Positions 48,831 to 57,529 of a DNA stretch of 64,000 bases are shown here, piece by piece (within the stretch, counting starts at the first letter, position 1; each line of letters opens with the position of its first letter). A program made the position numbers and the translations under genes. The DNA lies in assembly GCA_016933675.1 (NCBI GenBank), contig JAFGAM010000075.1, positions 7,822-71,821 on the forward strand, written 5' to 3'. Under the pieces are notes generated by a model. The model did no database searches. It worked only from the letters and a program-made list of their open reading frames with translations, and was not told where the DNA came from. This DNA is from Candidatus Anaeroferrophillacea bacterium. Its GTDB lineage: Bacteria > Desulfobacterota > Anaeroferrophillalia > Anaeroferrophillales > Anaeroferrophillaceae.

Positions 48831-48892
48831 ATAACCTTGCCATGATAGTGGATTAGAATCTTATGACATATCCATGCGGGGTTGTCAAGATT
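48831..48892 (-). promoter_or_regulatory. sigma70-type -35 (TTGACA, 48888-48883) with two 25-bp Rrf2-type operator candidates
   Basis: ATAACC-N13-GGATTA (48831-48855) and ATATCC-N13-AAGATT (48868-48892) in an AT-rich spacer; spacing resembles IscR/CymR-type boxes. Confidence 0.45.
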
Positions 48893-49080
48893 ATCCGACT
48901 CCGGAACAAATTTTCCTTATCGGGGGTGGTTACGAAATCATCGGAATTCAGGCGGGAGTAAAAATGTGCGGAAGGCAGGTGAATACGGCGGCACGAAGGT
49001 CCGGCGGCGCTGCGGCGGCAACGGATAATAACACCGTTCCCGCCGCCCGGCACCATGCACCGCACAGAAAAAAGCGAGAT

Positions 49081-52000
49081 TCAGCCGATGTCGCCGTGGT
49101 AGGCCTGCAGGCTCCTGACTTCACCATGCCCCCGGCGGGTGGCGGCGATACCCTTGGCGGCGGCGACCGCGGCGGCGATGGTGGTGATGTATGGCACCCG
49201 ATACTGGATCGACGCCTTACGGATATAGGAATCGTCGATGGTACTCAGTTTGCCGCTGGGGGTGTTGACCACCAGGTTGATTTCGCCGTTCTTGATATCA
49301 TCGACGAGATTCGGCCGGCCCTCGTGGTGCTTGAGGACGGAAACCGATTCGATGCCGTGCCCGGCGAGAAATGCGGCGGTGCCGCTGGTCGCCCGGATGG
49401 CGAAACCCAGCTCGGCAAACCGCTGCGCGACCTCCAGCGCCCCTTCACGATCCCGCGGGGATACCGTGAGCAACAGGGTACCCGTGAGCGGCAGGGTCTG
49501 GCCCGCGGCCTCCTGGGACTTGAAGAAGGCCAGCCCGGAGCTGTCGGCCAGCCCCAGCACCTCGCCGGTGGAACGCATCTCGGGACCCAACAGCGGATCC
49601 ACTTCGGGAAACATGTTGAAGGGAAACACCGCCTCCTTGACGCCGAAATGAGCCACCGGCCGGCGTCGGAGACCCAGCTCCGAAATTTTCTTGCCGAGCA
49701 TCACCTCGGTGGCGAGCCGCGCCATGGGGATATTGCAAACCTTGCTCACCAAAGGGACGGTACGGCTGGCACGGGGATTGGCTTCGAGGATATAGACCCG
49801 GTCGCCGGCAATGGCGTACTGGATGTTCATCAGCCCCACCACGCCCATCTCGATGGCAATGCGGCGGGTATACTCCTCAATGGTCTCCACGTGACGCACG
49901 GGAATATTGACCGGGGGGATGACGCAGGCGGAATCGCCGGAGTGGACTCCGGCCAGCTCGATGTGCTCCATCACCGCGGGAACGAAGGCGTCCGTGCCGT
50001 CGGCGATGGCGTCAGCCTCGGCCTCGATGGCGTTTTCAAGGAACTGGTCGATAAGGATGGGACGTTCGGGACTCACGTCGACGGCCTTGGCGACGTATTC
50101 CCGCAACATCTCCTCGTCGTGCACCACCTCCATCGCCCGCCCGCCGAGAACATACGACGGCCGGACGATGAGCGGATAACCCAGACGCCCGGCGATCGCC
50201 AGGGCCTCGTCAAGATTGCCGGCCATGCCCGCCTCGGGCTGCGGAATACCGAGCCGCTTCATGATCCCGTTGAACCGGTCACGGTCCTCGGCGGCATCGA
50301 TGGTCGCCGGCGAGGTACCGAGTATCCTGACCCCCGCGGCATCCAGCTCGGCGGCGATATTGAGCGGTGTCTGACCACCGAATTGGCACACCACCCCTTC
50401 GGGCTGTTCCTTCTCGTAGATCGCTAAAACATCCTCCACCGTCAGGGGCTCGAAGTAGAGCTTGTCGGAGGTATCGTAATCAGTGGAAACGGTTTCCGGG
50501 TTGCAGTTGACCATGATGGTCTCATACCCCATCTCCCTGAGGGCGAAGGCGGCATGAACGCAGCAGTAATCGAACTCGATCCCCTGGCCGATGCGGTTGG
50601 GACCGCCGCCCAGCACCATAATTTTGGGCCGGTCGCTCACCGCCACCCGGTCCGGGGCGTTGTAGGTGGAATAATAATAGGCGGCGTTTTCCACCCCGCT
50701 CACCGGCACCGGCTCCCAGGCCTCGGCAAGGCCCAGTTCCAGGCGCCGGGCACGGACTTTGGTCTCGGAAATAGCGAGGATCTGCGCCAGGTAGCGATCG
50801 GCGAAGCCGTCCTTTTTGGCCGCCGTCAGCAGGTCGTCGGGAGGCAGTTCGCCGCGATGCTCCAGCAGCCGCTGTTCAAGCTCTACCAGCTCGCGCATCT
50901 GCTCAAGAAACCAGGGCTTGATGTGGGTCAGGCGATAGAGGTCGCCCACCGCCGCCCCCCGGCGCAGCGCTTCGTAGAGCAGAAACTGCCGCTCGCTGGT
51001 GGGCTCGTGCAGCCGGAGCAGCAGCTCATCAAGGGTCAGGCGGTTAAAATCCTTTGCAAAGCCAAGCCCGTAGCGACCGTTCTCGAGCGAGCGGATGGCC
51101 TTGAGAAAGGCCTCCTTATAGGTCTTGCCGATGCTCATCACCTCGCCGACAGCGCGCATCTGGGTGCCGAGACGGTCTTCTACCCCCTTGAATTTCTCGA
51201 AGGCCCAGCGGGCGAACTTGACCACCACATAGTCGCCCGAAGGGGTGTAGCGCTCCAGGGTACCGTCGCGCCAGTAGGGAATCTCGTCGAGGGACAGGCC
51301 GCAGGCCAGAAGCGACGAGACGAAAGCAATGGGGAAGCCGGTGGCCTTGGAGGCCAGGGCCGACGAGCGCGAGGTCCGGGGGTTGATCTCGATCACCACC
51401 ACCCGGCCGGTGGCGGGATCGTGGGCAAACTGGACATTGGTGCCGCCAATCACCTCGATGGCATCGACGATATCGTAGGAATACCGCTGGAGCCGCTCCT
51501 GCAGCTCGGCAGCGATGGTGAGCATCGGCGCGGTGCAGAAAGAGTCGCCGGTGTGGACCCCCATGGCGTCGACGTTCTCGATGAAACAGACGGTGATCTT
51601 CTGCCCCCTGGCGTCCCGCACCACCTCCAGTTCCAGTTCCTCCCAACCGAGAACCGACTCCTCGATGAGGATCTGGCTCACCGGACTGACGCTCAGCCCG
51701 CGCCGGGCGATGGTACGGAACTCTTCGATATTGTAGGCGAAGCCCCCACCGGTTCCGCCCATGGTATAGGCCGGACGGATGACTACCGGCAGGCCGATAT
51801 CACCGACGATCTCCTCGGCCGCGGCAAGAGTACCGGCGATGGCGCTGCGCGGCACCTCAATGCCGAGCCGGGCCATGGTGTTCTTGAACTCCTGCCGGTC
51901 CTCACCGCGCTCGATGGCATCGATGTTGACACCGATAACGGTAACACCGTATTTCTCCAGCACACCTTCACGCGCCAGGGCAAAGGAGAGATTGAGGCCG

Positions 52001-52281
52001 GTCTGGCCGCCGAGGTTGGGCAACAGAGCGTCGGGGCGTTCCTTGGCGATGATCTCGGTCAGGGTGGCGAGATTCAGCGGCTCGATGTAGGTCACATCGG
52101 CCATCGCCGGATCGGTCATGATGGTGGCCGGATTGGAATTGACCAGCACAATCTCGTAGCCCAGCTGTTTCAGCGCCTTGCAGGCCTGGGTGCCGGAATA
52201 GTCGAACTCGCACGCCTGGCCGATGACAATCGGCCCGGAGCCGATGATAAGAACCTTATTGATATCGTTTCGCTTGGGCAT
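49081..52281 (-). CDS. carB: carbamoyl-phosphate synthase large subunit
   Basis: MPKR.DI.KVLIIGSGPI.IGQACEFDYSG, NSNPATIMTD, GPNRIGQGIEFDYCCVH, two ATP-grasp halves, MGS domain. Confidence 0.98.
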   Translation of the reverse strand: MPKRNDINKVLIIGSGPIVIGQACEFDYSGTQACKALKQLGYEIVLVNSNPATIMTDPAMADVTYIEPLNLATLTEIIAKERPDALLPNLGGQTGLNLSFALAREGVLEKYGVTVIGVNIDAIERGEDRQEFKNTMARLGIEVPRSAIAGTLAAAEEIVGDIGLPVVIRPAYTMGGTGGGFAYNIEEFRTIARRGLSVSPVSQILIEESVLGWEELELEVVRDARGQKITVCFIENVDAMGVHTGDSFCTAPMLTIAAELQERLQRYSYDIVDAIEVIGGTNVQFAHDPATGRVVVIEINPRTSRSSALASKATGFPIAFVSSLLACGLSLDEIPYWRDGTLERYTPSGDYVVVKFARWAFEKFKGVEDRLGTQMRAVGEVMSIGKTYKEAFLKAIRSLENGRYGLGFAKDFNRLTLDELLLRLHEPTSERQFLLYEALRRGAAVGDLYRLTHIKPWFLEQMRELVELEQRLLEHRGELPPDDLLTAAKKDGFADRYLAQILAISETKVRARRLELGLAEAWEPVPVSGVENAAYYYSTYNAPDRVAVSDRPKIMVLGGGPNRIGQGIEFDYCCVHAAFALREMGYETIMVNCNPETVSTDYDTSDKLYFEPLTVEDVLAIYEKEQPEGVVCQFGGQTPLNIAAELDAAGVRILGTSPATIDAAEDRDRFNGIMKRLGIPQPEAGMAGNLDEALAIAGRLGYPLIVRPSYVLGGRAMEVVHDEEMLREYVAKAVDVSPERPILIDQFLENAIEAEADAIADGTDAFVPAVMEHIELAGVHSGDSACVIPPVNIPVRHVETIEEYTRRIAIEMGVVGLMNIQYAIAGDRVYILEANPRASRTVPLVSKVCNIPMARLATEVMLGKKISELGLRRRPVAHFGVKEAVFPFNMFPEVDPLLGPEMRSTGEVLGLADSSGLAFFKSQEAAGQTLPLTGTLLLTVSPRDREGALEVAQRFAELGFAIRATSGTAAFLAGHGIESVSVLKHHEGRPNLVDDIKNGEINLVVNTPSGKLSTIDDSYIRKASIQYRVPYITTIAAAVAAAKGIAATRRGHGEVRSLQAYHGDIG

Positions 52282-52719
52282 CTTTTTCTCCCTGAATCCC
52301 GTTTGGTTCCGCGGTATCGTTCCCCGCCTGCCTCCGGTATAAGCCCCGGTCGGCAACCGGCGGCAGCCAACCCGCCGGAACGACCTTCCCGGGGGCACAA
52401 ACGCCCAGGAGGATAATACAGCCGTCCGCCGGTGTCAACGGAATTAGCCCGGCGGAATCCGCCATGATTGCGCCGGAAACATCAGCAGGTTAAACCGCGG
52501 CGCGAGGTACCGGAAGATATTTTCGGCCTGCGGGCGGTGGAAATTGTTTGCCGGATGACAACAGGCAGGAGCAAGGGACGAGATGCGAGGGGCAAGTGAA
52601 AGCACCGCCGTCTCGCCCCTGACCACTCGTCCCTCGCCCCTGCTGTCGGAGGTGTCGACCGGAAAGACAGGAACGGCACAATTCCGGTATCCGGAACCAG
52701 GCGGTAAAAAACGAAGGAT

Positions 52720-53169
52720 TCAGGAATTGTCCAGACAGTCCCGGCACAGACCCCGGAACTCCATGTGGCAGGACTCCACCATGCCCAGTTCCCGGTTGTC
52801 GGGCAGGGGTTCGGGGCGGTCGAGGTCATCGGGAAAAACATCTATCACCCGGCCGCATTCGCGGCAGATGAAATGGTAATGAGGCGCAGTGCGGGCATCG
52901 TAACGGGTCCGGTCACCGAATAGCCGGGCCTGGGAAACGATACCGTGCCGTTCAAAGGTCGCCAGGGTGCGGTACACGGTATCGAGGGAGATATGCGGCA
53001 GCATGCAGCGCACCTGCCGGTAGACCTCCTCGATGGAGGGATGGTTTTCGCAGTGAAGCATCTGGCGATAGATCTCACGGCGCTGAGGGGTCTGCTTCAG
53101 TCCCGCCTCCCGGCACCTCCGGTCGAACCCGGCCATCATTTCTTCGGCATCATTCATGGACTGGCTCAC
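52720..53169 (-). CDS. Fur-family regulator, PerR-like
   Basis: GLK.TPQR, HPS.EE, ISLDTVYRTL, RYD....H.HF.C..CG...D, C-terminal CRDC. Confidence 0.85.
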   Translation of the reverse strand: MSQSMNDAEEMMAGFDRRCREAGLKQTPQRREIYRQMLHCENHPSIEEVYRQVRCMLPHISLDTVYRTLATFERHGIVSQARLFGDRTRYDARTAPHYHFICRECGRVIDVFPDDLDRPEPLPDNRELGMVESCHMEFRGLCRDCLDNS

Positions 53170-53392
53170 TGCCGCTCACGCGGAAAAACACGGACGGCGC
53201 ACGACAACCTCCGCGAGCGCGCTGCTCGCTGCCGTCCGCACGAAAAAAACGGCTACCTGAAGATCAAGCTTACATTGTTCATACCTATGACATAGCGGTT
53301 TCGTCAACCTTTTTCTGCAATTTGTCGCCGGTCTTTTTCCCACCCGACCGGCCTGCGACAGGCCACCGGAAAAGCGGCGAAACGGATGTCCC

Positions 53393-53451
53393 CCCGGATC
53401 AGCCGCCGTGGCACGTCTTGCCTCCGCCGGGCCCGGATCAGCCGCCGTGGC
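53393..53451. repeat. perfect 20-bp direct repeat with 19-bp spacer
   Basis: CCCGGATCAGCCGCCGTGGC at 53393-53412 and 53432-53451. Confidence 0.85.
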
Positions 53452-53488
53452 GGCAGTCGTCGTAACACGGTACCCGAACGGCAACCGG

Positions 53489-56400
53489 TTAACGGTCGGC
53501 GATCAGTGCCTCAACCTCGTCGGGGGTAACCATCCGGTCGCGTACCCCGGCACGATATTGCAGCAGGTTCCACATCCAGAGGTTCTGCCGTTCGTTGACC
53601 TGGACGATCCGGTCGATGGTCTTTTTATCGCCGACAAACTGGCCCATGAGCTCGACGATATCGCGGAACTTCGCCGGCAGCACCTCACCGCCACGGCCCT
53701 TGCGCGGCCGCGGGTACAGTTCCCCGTGATCCGGGTTGGCGGAAATATCGATGATGGAATAGGGCTTGCGGACAAAAACGGTCCACGCCCGGGCCTCCAC
53801 CATCATCCGCGAAACCTCCATGGTGAGGTCGTCGGTGGGCAGTCCCTGACCGGTGGGACAGGGCGAGAAGAATTCCACCAGCGACGGCCCCTTGTAGGCG
53901 ATGGCCTCCTTGAGGATCTTCATGGCATGCATCGGGTTGGCCAGCGACAGTCGGGCGACATATACCCCCGGAACCACCGTCGCCTGCAGGGCCAGTTCAC
54001 GGTGGAAGTCCTCCTTGCCGTGCAGTTCCATGCCGTAGGGCGAGGTGGTGCGGCTGGAACCGTAGCGGCTGGCGCCGGACTTCTGGAACCCGGTGTTCAT
54101 GTAGGCTTCGTTGTTGTAGATAATCCAGGTAATGTCCTGGTTCTCACCGATGGCGAAATTGAGTCCCTGGTTGCCGATATCGTAAAAAGCGCCGTCACCA
54201 CCGAAAACCAGCACCTTGGTGAGCTTGTCGAGGTAGTAGTTGCGGAAAGCGCTGAAGAGCGAGATACGCACCCCCAGGGCAGCGGCACTGGCGGTGCCGA
54301 ATCCGTAGTGGCCGGCCTGGTAGACCCGGGCGTTGTAGGGGTTGCCGAGACAGGATACCTCGGCGCAGCCGGTGGCATTGACGGCGTAGATATTGAAACC
54401 GTGGTCGATCATGTGCTGCAGACCGCGGCCGTGGTGCTTTTTCATCAGGGCGGGAATGGAGCGGTAGGTCTCATCAATGAAGCGCGGGTTCTGGCGTACC
54501 ATCTCGGCGGCGGTAAATACCAGGTTCTCGATCATCCCCTCGCCACAGCCGGGACACAGTGTATGCCCACCGGGGAGAAACTTCTGGCCGGAATAGCGCA
54601 GCATCATCTGCTGCAAAAGTTTACTTTCCTTGACGTAGGGAAACACCCGGTCGCTGCGGTCCGGTTCGCAGACCCCGGCGGGCGCAAAGCGATCGTCATG
54701 TTCCTTCACCTCCGCCTTGTCGACCATCACCAGGGCATCATTACGGCACACCGCGGCGCAGGCGCCGCAACCCTTGCAATAATTCGGCAACACATTGATG
54801 TTGAGGAAGCTGTCGCGAAACGTGGCATCCCGGTAGCCGGTGAACCGGGTCAGATCGACCGGGCGGAACAGCTTCGCCACATCCGGGGTGAGCTGCCGGT
54901 AATCGTCGTCATAGATGATGGTCACCCGCAACGCGTTATCCGGACAGCTGGCGACGCACAGCCCGCACATGATACAGTTTTGCGGGTTGAATACCGGCAA
55001 CGCGGTACCGATCAGGCTGGCGTCGTTGCATTCGGCGGTACGGGCCGGAACGATGTTGTGGAACCGGTCCCAGGGGATCTCCTCGCCGCGCAGCATTGGT
55101 TCAAGCACATCATCGTTGAACCGCAAGGCATATTCCTCACCCAGAACACTGGGAAAGAGAATGGTCGCCTGCTCGTCCTCCTCGCGGTAGCCCCCGGCCA
55201 CCGGAGTGAACCAGGATTCAGGTGCCGCCGGCGGCTTCTCCATCATCCCGCCATCGATCACGGTAGCCGCGGCGACCGCCGTTTTCCCCGTCGTCCCCTC
55301 CCCGGCCGCGGGATCTGCGGCGACTTCGGTGGCGGTGGCGGTGGCGGTACCGGCCGTTCGGGCCTCCACCAGGGTATAGGGAACATCGAGCAGCTCGAGG
55401 TTGACATCTATCATCCCGGGCTTTTTGCCGCCGAACTTGGTCTCCAGCTCATCCCGGAATGCCTGGCGAAAACTTTTTTCGGGCAGCAGCCAGTTGATCC
55501 GGTTGATCGCCCCGAGAATGGGGGTTCCCGGAAGATTGCGCTTCAGCTTCTCAAGCGCCGCATGGGTAGCATCCAGCAACACCACCCGGAAGGCCGCCTG
55601 ATCGAGGCACGCACGGATCTGCGGCGTGGTGGTTGCCGCCAGTTCGGCGAAGGTTTTCACCGTATTGACGATCACCTGGCCGCCGGGTTTGATGCCGCGG
55701 ATGAAGGCCAGCAGGCTGTTGTCGCGCAGGTACTTGTCGTTGAAGATTGCCAGGGTCTCCATCCTGGTGACGTTGGAACAGTTGCGGATCGGCCGATCGG
55801 CCACCCGGGCGTTCATCACCACCATGCCGCCCTTGCGGGAGGCGCCGTATTTGGCGCTGGTCTGGACATATCTGCCGGCCTTGGCAATGATCTTGGCAAT
55901 GGTCTCCTGAGCCGTCTTGACCCCTTCAGCGCCGATGCCGACGAAGGTGATTCCCACCTCGCTTTCGCGGAAATCCTCCCGCACAACCGGCGCCAGGGTA
56001 TCCGGCCCGGTAATGCCGCACTTGAAGGCGGTGCGCGGCCTTTTCGCCAGCATGTTCTCAATCACCGCGCAACAATCCTCGATACCGAAGTTCTGGTTGC
56101 CGAGACCGTAGGTACCGGCAAGGATATCCGGCAGCCGCCGCTTGCCGCCGCCGGCCCGGCTGAGCAGGTAAACCGCGTCCCGGACATCTTTTACCAGATA
56201 CTGCTCATTGCTCTCGGCGACCTTCTCCAGCACCGTCACCGCCCGGGCGTGCTGCAACCCGGCGGCGATCTCCTCGGTACACACCGGATAAAACAGCACC
56301 GGCCGCACCAGGCCCACCGCCACCCCGCGGTCCCGGTAGTAATCGATCGCCTCCTTCATGGTCTCCGCGGCCGAGCCGATGCAGACAACGACATCCTCGG

Positions 56401-57376
56401 CATCCTCGCAGCGGTAACGCTCCACCACCTGCAAGTCGGTGCCGAGCATGGCGTTCATCAGTTCCATCGCCGCCCGGATGTATCTTTTCGCGTTGGCCAG
56501 CGCCTTGTCCTGCTTCATCTGCACCGGCATGGTGGTGCCGATATCGCTGAAGGTACCCATGAGCACCGGGTGATCGAAATCCGGCTGATAGAAACGGTTC
56601 GGCTCGCCGAGGAAATGGCGCAGGAACTCGTCCGAAACAGTGGTGATGTTCTCGATGCTGTGGCTCTTGAGAAAGCCCTCGCCGGCGACGATGGCCGGCA
56701 GCATCACCTGGCGCTGCTCCATCGCCTTGAAGGCCAGCGGAATAAGGTGGTGCAATTCCTGGTTGTTGCTGCTCATGAACAGCACCCACCCGGTACCGCG
56801 GGCGGCGTAGAGGTCGGCGTGGCCGTTATGAATACTGAGGCTGCCCTTGTTCAATTCACGGGTCTGGACCGTCATCACCACCGGCAACCGCTTGCCCGCC
56901 ACCGAATACATGTTCTTGATCTTGTAGGTCAGCCCCTGGGACGAGGTATTGTCGGCAAAACGGCCGCCCTGGGAAGCCGCCCCCTCGAGGAAGGTCACCG
57001 CACCGAGCTCGCTCTCCGGCTGAAAATAGAAGATCGACTCGCCGAAGACATTGACAAACCCGTCGGCAAAGGCCTTGGCCATACCCTCGGCGATGGGCGT
57101 CGACGGGGTGATGGGATATCCCACCAGGCCGGTGACGATACGCTTCAGGGTATCCACCGCAACGGCATTGCCGTCGCCGATGAACGGCTTCTGCTCCTTC
57201 ATCGCCGCCAGCCCTTCTGGGCCAATTTCACCTACAATATCAGCAATATACGATTCAATATCGAAAAGCCGCCGGCCATTGAACCGGTGCTCGAAATCAT
57301 GACTGAAATCCTTCACGCGCTGTTTAAGTACCACCTTTTCCTCCTCTTTAATCGCCCATTGTACACTGTATGCCAT
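53489..57376 (-). CDS. single-chain 2-oxoacid (probably pyruvate):ferredoxin oxidoreductase, alpha-gamma-delta-beta fusion
   Basis: GYPITPST, ESE.GA, TSSQGL (alpha); G.GAEGVKTA, YGA.RKG (gamma); CIMCGLCVASCP and CKGCGACAAVC (delta); GHTLCPGCG, NATGC, GDG, NNEAYMNTG, SPCPTG (beta). Confidence 0.9.
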   Translation of the reverse strand: MAYSVQWAIKEEEKVVLKQRVKDFSHDFEHRFNGRRLFDIESYIADIVGEIGPEGLAAMKEQKPFIGDGNAVAVDTLKRIVTGLVGYPITPSTPIAEGMAKAFADGFVNVFGESIFYFQPESELGAVTFLEGAASQGGRFADNTSSQGLTYKIKNMYSVAGKRLPVVMTVQTRELNKGSLSIHNGHADLYAARGTGWVLFMSSNNQELHHLIPLAFKAMEQRQVMLPAIVAGEGFLKSHSIENITTVSDEFLRHFLGEPNRFYQPDFDHPVLMGTFSDIGTTMPVQMKQDKALANAKRYIRAAMELMNAMLGTDLQVVERYRCEDAEDVVVCIGSAAETMKEAIDYYRDRGVAVGLVRPVLFYPVCTEEIAAGLQHARAVTVLEKVAESNEQYLVKDVRDAVYLLSRAGGGKRRLPDILAGTYGLGNQNFGIEDCCAVIENMLAKRPRTAFKCGITGPDTLAPVVREDFRESEVGITFVGIGAEGVKTAQETIAKIIAKAGRYVQTSAKYGASRKGGMVVMNARVADRPIRNCSNVTRMETLAIFNDKYLRDNSLLAFIRGIKPGGQVIVNTVKTFAELAATTTPQIRACLDQAAFRVVLLDATHAALEKLKRNLPGTPILGAINRINWLLPEKSFRQAFRDELETKFGGKKPGMIDVNLELLDVPYTLVEARTAGTATATATEVAADPAAGEGTTGKTAVAAATVIDGGMMEKPPAAPESWFTPVAGGYREEDEQATILFPSVLGEEYALRFNDDVLEPMLRGEEIPWDRFHNIVPARTAECNDASLIGTALPVFNPQNCIMCGLCVASCPDNALRVTIIYDDDYRQLTPDVAKLFRPVDLTRFTGYRDATFRDSFLNINVLPNYCKGCGACAAVCRNDALVMVDKAEVKEHDDRFAPAGVCEPDRSDRVFPYVKESKLLQQMMLRYSGQKFLPGGHTLCPGCGEGMIENLVFTAAEMVRQNPRFIDETYRSIPALMKKHHGRGLQHMIDHGFNIYAVNATGCAEVSCLGNPYNARVYQAGHYGFGTASAAALGVRISLFSAFRNYYLDKLTKVLVFGGDGAFYDIGNQGLNFAIGENQDITWIIYNNEAYMNTGFQKSGASRYGSSRTTSPYGMELHGKEDFHRELALQATVVPGVYVARLSLANPMHAMKILKEAIAYKGPSLVEFFSPCPTGQGLPTDDLTMEVSRMMVEARAWTVFVRKPYSIIDISANPDHGELYPRPRKGRGGEVLPAKFRDIVELMGQFVGDKKTIDRIVQVNERQNLWMWNLLQYRAGVRDRMVTPDEVEALIADR

Positions 57377-57393
57377 ATCCACCAGACCGTAAT

Positions 57394-57410
57394 CATTGAT
57401 CTATTCAATG
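57394..57410. promoter_or_regulatory. inverted repeat CATTGA-N5-TCAATG just upstream of the oxidoreductase
   Basis: Palindrome read directly; one base short of FNR spacing, regulator unknown. Confidence 0.3.
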
Positions 57411-57529
57411 GACCAAGCGCTATAGCTTTTTTTTCTGCGAATCTCCAGTTGAAAAAACACCCCCGGCGTTACCGCCAAGAGGGGAAAAAGGGTCCGCCCG
57501 CCGGGGATATCTTGATACCGTACCGCGGA

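Noticed and set aside
48874-52416. Long plus-strand ORFs of 517 and 620 aa
   Set aside because: Antisense to carB, which has unambiguous motifs.
49081-52719. carB without adjacent carA as an anomaly
   Set aside because: Split carA/carB arrangements are common; carA is probably elsewhere in the genome.
57394-57410. FNR box
   Set aside because: TTGAT-N3-TTCAA does not fit TTGAT-N4-ATCAA; kept only as a generic palindrome.
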